Below, piece after piece: positions 53,637 to 61,699 of a DNA stretch of 64,000 bases (the first letter of the stretch is position 1; each line of letters starts with the position of its first letter). The notes under the pieces were generated by a model. The model was not told the origin of the DNA. It saw only the letters and a program-made list of their open reading frames with translations, and did not search any database. Location of the stretch: assembly GCA_031367385.1 (NCBI GenBank), contig JANLPS010000489.1, forward strand, positions 1 through 64,000, given 5' to 3'. Source of the stretch: Archangium sp. (GTDB taxonomy: Bacteria > Myxococcota > Myxococcia > Myxococcales > Myxococcaceae). The position numbers were made by a program, and so were the translations under genes.

Positions 53637-54095
53637 TCAGGCCTTGTGGTACGGCTCGCCGCGAATGATGGTCACCGCGCGGTAGACCTGCTCCAGCAAC
53701 ACCAGGCGGGCCAGCCGGTGCGGCATGGTCATCGCCGAGAGTGAGAGTACCAGTGCGGCTTTGGTGCGAACGGCGTCAGAGAGCCCCTCGTCACCGCCGA
53801 TGGCGAAGGCCACGTCGCGACCCTGCATCTGTTGACCCGAGAGCCACTTGGCGAACTCGACGCTCGAGAGGCTCTTGCCGCGCTCGTCGAGGGCTACCAG
53901 GCAGTCGCGGGGCCCCAGCTTGGCCAGCAGCGCCGCACCCTCGTCGGTCTTCGCCTTGTCGCCCGACGCGCGTGACTCCGGCAGCTCGAGCAGCTGCACT
54001 TTGAAGCCATGCGAGAGGCGCTCGGCGTACTCGGTCACGCCAGGCGAAAAGAGCCCGGAGCGATCTTTACCGACCGACAGAACGGTGAGCTTCAG
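53637..54095 (-). CDS. rlmH: 23S rRNA pseudouridine-1915 N3-methyltransferase
   Basis: LDERGK, IGGDEG, SLSAMTMPH, EQVYRA, GEPYHK. Start placed at CTG 54095 (inferred). Confidence 0.93.
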   Translation of the reverse strand: MKLTVLSVGKDRSGLFSPGVTEYAERLSHGFKVQLLELPESRASGDKAKTDEGAALLAKLGPRDCLVALDERGKSLSSVEFAKWLSGQQMQGRDVAFAIGGDEGLSDAVRTKAALVLSLSAMTMPHRLARLVLLEQVYRAVTIIRGEPYHKA

Positions 54096-54706
54096 CCGGC
54101 CACCGAGACGCGCGGAGCGTCGCTCCACAGCCCTTCGATGTCGTAGGTCTCGCGCTTGTCGGGCGTGAAGAAGTGCACCACCACGTCGTCGAAGTTGACC
54201 AACACCCAGTCAGGCGAGGCCTCGACCCCGCTGGCGTTGCGGCCGGTCAGCTTGACCGCTTCGCGGGCTGCGTCGGCGAGGGCTTCGAGCTGGCGATCGC
54301 TCTCGGCGGTGGCGAGCACCACGTAGTCGTACCCGACGGCCGCGCCTTTGCGCCGCACGTCGAGAATCATCACGTCGAGGGCTTTCTTTTCGCTGGCGCT
54401 GTGCGCGACGAGCTGGGCCAACTTGAGCGCCTCGTCGTTGGGAGGCATCGCGGGCCGAACGCTGGGCTTCTTGGGCTTGCTCGGCTTGGCCTTGGCGCGA
54501 AGCGAGGGCCGCTTCGACTTTCGCACCACCCGCTTCTTCGACGACGACGGGGCCGCCTTGCGCTTCGGAGCGGCCTTCGACGACTTCGCCGACCTGGAGG
54601 GCTTCGAGGCCTTCGCCGGCTTGGCGCTCGCGCGCTTCGGCGCGGCTTTGCTCGAGGTCTTCTTCGCGGGCTTCTTGCTGGTGGGCTTTTTCTTCTTGGC
54701 GGCCAT
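54092..54706 (-). CDS. rsfS: Ribosome silencing factor with Lys-rich N-terminal extension
   Basis: KKALDVMILDV, DYVVLATA, WVLVNFDDVVVH, RETYDIEGLW; directly upstream of rlmH. Confidence 0.92.
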   Translation of the reverse strand: MAAKKKKPTSKKPAKKTSSKAAPKRASAKPAKASKPSRSAKSSKAAPKRKAAPSSSKKRVVRKSKRPSLRAKAKPSKPKKPSVRPAMPPNDEALKLAQLVAHSASEKKALDVMILDVRRKGAAVGYDYVVLATAESDRQLEALADAAREAVKLTGRNASGVEASPDWVLVNFDDVVVHFFTPDKRETYDIEGLWSDAPRVSVAG

Positions 54707-54768
54707 GCCGCGGCTTGTACCCTAAGGTCTCCATGGCAGGCCACGCTTCTTGTCGGGGCGGCAGCCGC

Positions 54769-56391
54769 TCACGGGGTGCCGGCGTCTCGCGCGAGGGCCG
54801 GCGGAGCGACCGCGGGCACCCCGGCATCAGCGACCTGGGGTAGCTCGGGCACGGTCGCGCTCAGCCCCTGCATCAGTGACCCGGCCGTTGTCTCAGCGGG
54901 CAGGGCGGTGCCTTTGGCCCACAGGTTCAGCAAGGCTTGACCCGCTTCAGGCCTGCGCCACCAGCCAGGGCCCAGGCGCTCGCGCAGGGTGGCCGCGAGC
55001 AGCATCGAGCGGAGCATGGTGGCCGAGCGGAGAAAGTCATCGGTCTCGAGCCGCATGCGCACCCCGTCTTCGGGGGTCATCTTCACGCCCAGCGCATGGG
55101 TCATGATGGCCACGAAGCGGGCGCGGGCCGCGGCATCGGGCATGTCGGTCAGCTCGAGCCTGGCCAGCACGGTGCCGGCCGCTCGGCGAAGGGCGAACAA
55201 TTGCTGTGCCTTGGCGGCCGCGCGCACGGCGGAGCGGTCATTGACCTTCATCTCGGCGAGCCACTCGTCTTCGGTGAGCAGGGTCGCGAAGAGGGCGCCG
55301 CCCAGCTGGGTGATGGCGGGGTCTCCCAGGCGCGAGGTCTCGAAGTGGCCGGTCTTCGACGAGAGCAGGGCGAGCGCGGTGCCGAGCTCAGAGAGCAGCA
55401 GCGCCTGATCTTTGAGCCCGCCCAGCGGTCGAAAGCTGACCCGCACATCGTTGCCCCGCGGCGCCACCGTCAGCGGCAGCGGGTTTTTCTTCGCCGCCTC
55501 GGCCAGGTCGAGGGTCAGCCCCGGCCGGCCGTACAACCCGAGGGTGCCCAGGGTCTGCACCGCCCTCGCCGCCACCTGCGCCTTGGGAAATGCGGCGTCG
55601 ACGTTTTGAGGCACCTTGAGCAGCCTCGGCAAGTCGGCGCGGGTGATCGCCTCGAGGGGCAGCTTGAGCTCGTTGTCAGAGAGCTCTTTGAGCGTGGCGC
55701 GCCAGAGCTCGTCGGTGTGCTCGAGCAGCCGCGATGAGACCTTGGCCAAGGCATCGAGGTCGAGCTCGCGGCTCTCGGTCGCGAAGTCGAGGGCGGAGGT
55801 GACCTCGAGCGAGGCGAGCACGTCTTTGACCTTCGCGTCGCGCTTGCCCAGCGCCGCGTCGAGCTGCTCCGCGGGTACCAAACAGGCCGCCCACAACGCC
55901 TTGCGCTTGACCGCGCTCTTCTCGTTCACCAACTGCCGGGTCAGCTCGCGCCAGTGCTGTTCTTTCGTGTCGACGGTGCAGATGAGAGACGCCTCGAGGT
56001 TGGCGATGGTGGTGTTTTCTTCAGCCACCCCGCGGGCGAGCAGGTCGCCGACGATGAAGTACTCGAGGTGACGGGCCACGCGAGGGTCGGCGGCGTTGAT
56101 CTCGCGAGCGCGTCGCACCAGGTTGAGCGCGTCGTGGGTCAACCAGACTCCGCCATCTTGGCCCGACACGTCGAGGGTGGCGCCTTGGGTCCAATGCGAC
56201 CAGAGGGCTTCGTCGGAGCGTTGAATCAGCTGCTCGGCCTGCGCGGAGATGCGCTCGAGCTTGGGTCGCAGCGCCTCGACCTCGGGGTTGCCGGCGTCGA
56301 GCGCCTGGCTCTGCGCGAGGTCGTTGCCTTGATCAACCGACCGGCACCCCGCGAGGGCGCAACACGTTGCAACGACGCAGGCTCGAAACAT
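54769..56391 (-). CDS. Lipoprotein resembling M3/gluzincin peptidases, zinc motif degenerate
   Basis: Lipobox LAGC; helical body; LLSELGTALAL where HExGH is expected; GPGWW near the C-terminus. Confidence 0.6.
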   Translation of the reverse strand: MFRACVVATCCALAGCRSVDQGNDLAQSQALDAGNPEVEALRPKLERISAQAEQLIQRSDEALWSHWTQGATLDVSGQDGGVWLTHDALNLVRRAREINAADPRVARHLEYFIVGDLLARGVAEENTTIANLEASLICTVDTKEQHWRELTRQLVNEKSAVKRKALWAACLVPAEQLDAALGKRDAKVKDVLASLEVTSALDFATESRELDLDALAKVSSRLLEHTDELWRATLKELSDNELKLPLEAITRADLPRLLKVPQNVDAAFPKAQVAARAVQTLGTLGLYGRPGLTLDLAEAAKKNPLPLTVAPRGNDVRVSFRPLGGLKDQALLLSELGTALALLSSKTGHFETSRLGDPAITQLGGALFATLLTEDEWLAEMKVNDRSAVRAAAKAQQLFALRRAAGTVLARLELTDMPDAAARARFVAIMTHALGVKMTPEDGVRMRLETDDFLRSATMLRSMLLAATLRERLGPGWWRRPEAGQALLNLWAKGTALPAETTAGSLMQGLSATVPELPQVADAGVPAVAPPALARDAGTP

Positions 56392-56591
56392 GGCGCGCAC
56401 TGTACCCGGTTGCGCTCGGGCGGCTTGCTCTTCATTCGGCGGAGGTGGTGACCGCAGCCTTCGCAGAAGCGCACGATTTGCGTTCTCGTTCGGGTTTTGC
56501 GCGCAGAAACGCACTCCAGGCCTTCGCGGTGCCGGTCGCGAAGTGGGCTGATTTGGTCAGCGGTCTCCGTTCAACTTCGGGCGGTGCGACC

Positions 56592-56830
56592 ATGACCCAC
56601 CGGGTGACCTGCATCGACAGTGAGCTCGACCTCAGCGAGGCCGGGGCATTCTCAACGAGGCCGACCTGCTGCTGTGAGTCGTTTCGAAGGCGCTGCGCGC
56701 TCCGCCGAGGTTCGGTGCGAGCGCCTCACCGGCCGTGAATCATCTGCCGCTCGATGCGGTGGGTCTGCTGGTCGAGGGCATCACGACGGTGGGCGTCGTG
56801 CGGCGCTTGGAGACGGCCGCTCTTCAGCGA
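56592..56830 (+). pseudogene. Degraded CBS-domain-pair gene
   Basis: Fragments in different frames: MTHRVTCIDSELDLSEA, GILNEADLL, NHLPLDAVGLLVEGITTVGVVRRL. Confidence 0.45.
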
Positions 56831-57264
56831 GGCGATGAAAGTCGCTGCTGCGCTGAGTGCCGCTGCCAGCGTGCTCCCACGAAGACGATCGAGACGGCGA
56901 GGAGGAGATAGATCGCCTGCAACGGCGGGCGGTTCGAGTAGCCGATGATCGAGATCTGCACGGTGAGCCAGATGGCCAGCGACACGCCCACTCCGATCGT
57001 CAGGAGCGGCGCGAACCGCTGCTGACGCCAGACGAGCACCGCCACGAGGGCCGGCATGATGCCCAGCACCGTGAACAAGAGGCACCCTGGCCAGAAGGAG
57101 TTGCCGAACGGAGAGCCACGCAGCGCTGACAGCGGCAGAGGAAGGAGCTCGCCCTCGGGGCCCAGCATCAAAGCCGCCCCGCCCCCGATGGCGCCGAGGC
57201 TCAGAACGCTTTCGAGCACGAACGCGGTCATCGCCAATGGGCTGTGTGCCTGTCGCTTGTTCAT
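56824..57264 (-). CDS. Small integral membrane protein (about 4 TM helices)
   Basis: LGAIGGGAALM..P.G..L.LPLSALRGSPF..F.PG..LF..LG pattern; four hydrophobic segments. Confidence 0.75.
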   Translation of the reverse strand: MNKRQAHSPLAMTAFVLESVLSLGAIGGGAALMLGPEGELLPLPLSALRGSPFGNSFWPGCLLFTVLGIMPALVAVLVWRQQRFAPLLTIGVGVSLAIWLTVQISIIGYSNRPPLQAIYLLLAVSIVFVGARWQRHSAQQRLSSPR

Positions 57265-57370
57265 GGAGCGGGTGAACGCAAGCGTCGGTCCGCGAGGGAT
57301 GGCGTGGTCGGCGGCACGTGCGGTGCACGTTCGAAGTCGCACACCTCACTCACCTCGAAAGAAGACCGTC

Positions 57371-57634
57371 ATGACTCCAAACAGCCAGGCCGCCGTCGAT
57401 TTGAAGCAGGCCATCAGCGACTCGTTGAGCGTACTTCGCCGTCTCCGTGACGAGATTCGAGTCAACATTCACCTCGCGCGAATGGACGCGAAGGATCGTT
57501 GGAATGCGTTGGAACCGCAGTTTTCGGTCGCCGAAAAAGCAGCGCTCGAGTTGAGCGAGGTGTCGAAGCGCACCGTGCAGGCGACCGTCGAGGCGTTCGA
57601 GCTGCTCAAAGCGTCTCTGACCGCCAAGGCGTGA
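57371..57634 (+). CDS. Small coiled-coil hypothetical protein
   Basis: LRRLRDEIRVNIHLARMDAKDRWNALE, a conserved-looking helical motif. Confidence 0.7.
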   Translation: MTPNSQAAVDLKQAISDSLSVLRRLRDEIRVNIHLARMDAKDRWNALEPQFSVAEKAALELSEVSKRTVQATVEAFELLKASLTAKA

Positions 57635-57678
57635 GCCAGCGAGCGAACGTCACCGACGCGGTGGGTCGAGACGCCAGC

Positions 57679-58779
57679 TCATGCGGCCAAGGCAGTCTGG
57701 GTCAAAGGCGTCAACCGTTCGACCACGTACGCACGAGTCTCCAAGTACGTGCGTTGCTCGAGCGCAGGCCCTGCGATGCCGTAGCGCTCGAGGTTCAGGT
57801 CAACCGTGAGCGCGGTGGTCTTTGACTGCATCGGCAGCGCGTTGAGGGCGCCACGCAGGGCCTGGCGAACGGCGAGCCCTCCTTCTGACAAGCACCACTC
57901 CACCACGTCCCACCCGTGGCGCGAATGCCGGCCTTCGTCGCTCGCGAGCTCTTTGAGCAACCGCGCGGTCGCCGGGTCTTCACAGCCAGTCACCAGCTTG
58001 GCGATCAGCCGCGCCGAGAACCCCTCGAGTAACGCTCCCTCGACCAGCGAATCGACCGCCAGCTGCGCCAACGCCAACTCGCGCACCGCCGGCACCCTGC
58101 GCTTCGTCGCCGCCTGGGGAAAAGGGGCTGGCCCCTGCGCTCGCCCATCGAGCGAGGCCGCCAGTGAGAAGCAGAGCTCGGCATGCCGAACCTCATCGAG
58201 CGCGTCGCGCTGGGCGCTCGCCAGCAACGAGGCAGGCGCTCCCAGGCTCATCAGGTCGAGCGTCAGCTGCGCGAACGCCGCCACTGAGGCGTGTTCGGTG
58301 CGGCCGTTCTGTCGCCACTGCTCGGCCAAGGGCGCCCGAAATGCGTCAGGCACCACCGGCTGCAGCGGCACCGTGCTCCAGCTCGGGTCTTCTTTGAGTG
58401 ACGCCAACAACAGCTTGCCGTTTCGACGCAGCTGCCGGCCGCGAGAGAACCCGGCCATCATCATACCGGTCATCACGAAGCCGAGAAATGAGAGCGCGCC
58501 CGCCGTCATGAACCCGCCCCAGGGCACCTCCCGCTGCTTCTCGACGAGCGCCAACAGCATCGAGCCCAGCGCCCGAAGCCCCGCCCAGGCGAAGAGCACC
58601 AGGGGCGTAAGCCAGGCCACAATCGAGATGACGCCTGCGGTCTCTCGAGGCAGCCGCATCACGCCTAAAACCACCGTGAGAATCAGCGCGAAGACGAACG
58701 CGGTGACTCCAGCAGCAACGAACAGGTACGTCGGGCGAGCTGACGGCGGCTCGGCTTCGGCGGTCGCGTTTTCGGGCAT
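57679..58779 (-). CDS. Ferritin-like domain protein with three N-terminal TM helices
   Basis: GRQLR, EHASVAAF, DEVRHA, EGALLE, DEGRH carboxylate/His pattern. Confidence 0.8.
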   Translation of the reverse strand: MPENATAEAEPPSARPTYLFVAAGVTAFVFALILTVVLGVMRLPRETAGVISIVAWLTPLVLFAWAGLRALGSMLLALVEKQREVPWGGFMTAGALSFLGFVMTGMMMAGFSRGRQLRRNGKLLLASLKEDPSWSTVPLQPVVPDAFRAPLAEQWRQNGRTEHASVAAFAQLTLDLMSLGAPASLLASAQRDALDEVRHAELCFSLAASLDGRAQGPAPFPQAATKRRVPAVRELALAQLAVDSLVEGALLEGFSARLIAKLVTGCEDPATARLLKELASDEGRHSRHGWDVVEWCLSEGGLAVRQALRGALNALPMQSKTTALTVDLNLERYGIAGPALEQRTYLETRAYVVERLTPLTQTALAA

Positions 58780-58814
58780 CGAAGCAGGGTAGCACCGTGC
58801 TCGCCCAGAGCGCT

Positions 58815-59885
58815 TTACCGAGGCGAAACCGCGGGGTGCGCGCGAATCAACTCGCCCTGCGTTTCGCTCAAGCCCCTCGAGGTCGATTCGCTCGGGCGAA
58901 AATACATCAGGTTCGACGCGTCGGTGTCGTCGAGCTGGTCGGTCGTGCCGTCGGCTTCCACCGAGTGGTACAGCCCCAGGTAGTGCCCGAGCTCGTGCGC
59001 CATCACGCGGGCCAGCGAGGTTGGTGCCCACTCCAGTCGCACGGGGCCCGGAGTGCCGCACAGCGAGCCCTGTATGAAGATGCCATCGGCCAGCCCACGC
59101 CCGCCGGGGATGTGGGGCGTAGAGGCGACGACCTCGCTCGTGGTGTGGAGCACGGGGTCCGACGCCTTCAGGCACCCGGCGAGCACCACGGGCACGCCTT
59201 GCGCCGGGCTCACCGAGGCGAGCCACCCTTGGAGCTGCGTCGGGTCAGCCCGCGAAAACGTCGCGTCGGTCTCGACGCCCGGTGCCAGGGAGAGCACTTG
59301 AACGAAGGTGGCGGTCAGCTGCGCCGATGACAGCTCGGCGTTGAGCGCTTGGAGCAGCGAGGCCACTTTGGTCTCGCTCGAATTGGCGAGCGACGACGCG
59401 GGCGTGATGATCAGCCTGAGCGCGATCACCCCTTTCTGTGGGGCTTTCTGCGCGGTTCGAGCTCGCACCTGCACCTGCTCGGGGCTCGTCAGCGTGAGCC
59501 GAGTCAGCGTTTCGCAATCACGCAGCCCCAGCCGCAGATGCAGGGCCCCGTGCGGCGTGAAGGGGCCCCCGCGGCTGGGCAGTGTGAATGACGCCTTGCC
59601 CATGCCGACCGAGACGCGTTGCTCGCACTCGGCGCAGAAGGGGCCCGACTCGGCATGCTGCACAGAGGGGTGGCCCAGGTCGTCGGTGAGCTCGTCGATT
59701 TGAAAACATCGCCCAGCCGGCGAATCGACTTCGAGGCGCAGCGCCGCGGCGCCTGCTGCCCAGGGCACGGTGAGCTCGGGCGTTTGGCCGTCGAGGCCGA
59801 CGCTCACTGCTCCAAAGTCGAGCCAGGGGTCGTTCGGCGCGCAGGCCCCCACCGCGAGCAGCCCTGCGATCGCGGCGCGCGTCAT
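58815..59885 (-). CDS. Lipoprotein zinc metalloprotease (metzincin, M43/pappalysin-like)
   Basis: Lipobox VGAC; AHELGHYLGLYH; Met-turn NLMY; ATGA overlap with the upstream gene. Confidence 0.85.
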   Translation of the reverse strand: MTRAAIAGLLAVGACAPNDPWLDFGAVSVGLDGQTPELTVPWAAGAAALRLEVDSPAGRCFQIDELTDDLGHPSVQHAESGPFCAECEQRVSVGMGKASFTLPSRGGPFTPHGALHLRLGLRDCETLTRLTLTSPEQVQVRARTAQKAPQKGVIALRLIITPASSLANSSETKVASLLQALNAELSSAQLTATFVQVLSLAPGVETDATFSRADPTQLQGWLASVSPAQGVPVVLAGCLKASDPVLHTTSEVVASTPHIPGGRGLADGIFIQGSLCGTPGPVRLEWAPTSLARVMAHELGHYLGLYHSVEADGTTDQLDDTDASNLMYFRPSESTSRGLSETQGELIRAHPAVSPR

Positions 59886-61693
59886 CGCAGCTCGTCAGCC
59901 GAGGCGTACCGGCCAATCAACTGCAGCAGCTGGGGCACCGGCTCTTTGCGAAACTGAGCGACGAGGGCCGCTTTGGCGACTGGCAGCTCGGCTGCGGCTC
60001 CAAGCCACCGAATCAGCGCCACACGAACGGCGGGGGCGGGCTCGGTGGCAAGCAACTGCCCCGCGCGGGTCATGGTCGGCACATCACGCACCCCGAGCGC
60101 GAGCAGCGTCTCGACGATGGCGGCTCGTACCGCGGGGTCGGCCTCGTGCTCCAGCCGCTCGAGCAACAGCGGGGCGGCGTCTGTCGCGGGCATCTGGCGC
60201 AACGACCGAACCGCGTGCTCTCGCAGGCTGGGTGACGCATCGACCAGGCGCGGGGCGACGTCTGGTGTGAAGCGCCCGTCGCCGGTGTTGCCGATCGCAT
60301 CGACCACGTCGACCACGCGTGAGTCGTCTGTGGCGTTCGCCAGCTCGGCGCGCAAGGCGTGGGTCAGCTCTTCGCGGAGCTCTGGAGTCAGCGCATCTGT
60401 GCGGCCCACCAGATGCCCCAAGGCTCGCACGCTGGTGCTGGCGACGAGCTTCGACTCGGTGGCGCGCGAGGCAGTGACGAGCGCTTGGGCCGACTCCCGG
60501 GTTGGCGTGGGCACATCTGAGAGCGCCGAGCTCGCGCGGGCGCGGTCGAGCTGTGCGAGCGCCGGGTCGCCGAGCGCCGAGGCCAACGCGGCCCGCGCTT
60601 CGGGGGTGCCGCATTGCTCGAGCGCCAGAAACAGAGCAGGGCGAAGCGGCTCGGCGACGGCCCCAGAACGCACCTGCGCGAGCAGCGTGCTGGCCGCTTC
60701 AGGGTGCGCCCGAAGCCACTCCGCCAGCAGCAACGCCGCCGCGTACGCGTCGCCCTTCGCGCTCTGGTGGTACACAGCCTCGAAGCGCTTCATCACGTCG
60801 CTCAATGACAACGCAGCCACCTCTGGCCTCGGCGCCGCGCGGGTGTGCGAGGGCATCGCGAAGGGGTCTTGCCAATCGAACTTCGTCACCTCGTCGCCGG
60901 CGGGTGGCATCACGAACGCGGCGTCGTCACGCGTCAGGCTGAAGCGCTGGGTCAAGTCAGCCAGCACCGCGCCTTGAGCCTTGAGGCGTACCCGTTCTTC
61001 TCCGCTCACGCCGGTGAACCAGCGCCCCGTGCGCTCGAGCGTGGCCGTGGCCGTGGCGAAGAGGAGCTGGGCTTGAAACCCGAAGCCGCTGGCGCGCTCG
61101 TCTTGCCGGTAGCGCAGCTTCTTTCGGCTCACGGTGGTCGCGCCGCCGGGCACATCGGTGGCTTGATAGGTGGCGACATACGAGCCCACGCCGTCGGTCT
61201 GCTCGAGCTCCCACGAGGGGGCAGCGTCACGCAGCACGAGCTCGAAGGGGCTCAACACCGACGAGGCGAACCGGCGGGTCTCGGGCAGCCAGTCGCGAGC
61301 GTACCCTTTGCCTTCGAAACGGCAGTCGCTGCCCACCCGCAGAAAAAAGCTGGCTTCGAGCGGCTGGGTGACGCGCTGCTCGAGCGGGGTCAGCGCCTGC
61401 ACCAACGTCGGCGACGAGAACGCCGCGCGAATCACCCACTGGCCAGGCGCAAGTGAATCGACCACCTGCCAGCTCAGCACGGCGCTGAAGCGATCGGCCG
61501 GCGCCGCGGTGTCTGCCGCGCTCGCCTCGGCCTCGAAGCGCAGCACGAAGGCGTACCGCTCGCCTCGCTCGAAGGTGCACGTGCGCTCACCAACGGCGCT
61601 CGACGCCGGCACCACAGGTCGGGCAAGCCCGAGCCAGACCGCTCCCGCGACGAGGCCGAGTCCGATGAGCGCGACGGCGAGGCGCTTCATCAC
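59882..61693 (-). CDS. Exported protein: N-terminal beta domain plus HEAT-repeat helical domain (vitellogenin-N/MTP-like, inferred)
   Basis: N-terminal anchor; beta-rich region with WELEQTDGVGSYVATY...VSRKKLRY; LALEQCGTPEARAAL; AIGNTG; EADPAVRAAI HEAT repeats. Confidence 0.7.
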   Translation of the reverse strand: MMKRLAVALIGLGLVAGAVWLGLARPVVPASSAVGERTCTFERGERYAFVLRFEAEASAADTAAPADRFSAVLSWQVVDSLAPGQWVIRAAFSSPTLVQALTPLEQRVTQPLEASFFLRVGSDCRFEGKGYARDWLPETRRFASSVLSPFELVLRDAAPSWELEQTDGVGSYVATYQATDVPGGATTVSRKKLRYRQDERASGFGFQAQLLFATATATLERTGRWFTGVSGEERVRLKAQGAVLADLTQRFSLTRDDAAFVMPPAGDEVTKFDWQDPFAMPSHTRAAPRPEVAALSLSDVMKRFEAVYHQSAKGDAYAAALLLAEWLRAHPEAASTLLAQVRSGAVAEPLRPALFLALEQCGTPEARAALASALGDPALAQLDRARASSALSDVPTPTRESAQALVTASRATESKLVASTSVRALGHLVGRTDALTPELREELTHALRAELANATDDSRVVDVVDAIGNTGDGRFTPDVAPRLVDASPSLREHAVRSLRQMPATDAAPLLLERLEHEADPAVRAAIVETLLALGVRDVPTMTRAGQLLATEPAPAVRVALIRWLGAAAELPVAKAALVAQFRKEPVPQLLQLIGRYASADELR

Positions 61694-61699
61694 GTTTTG

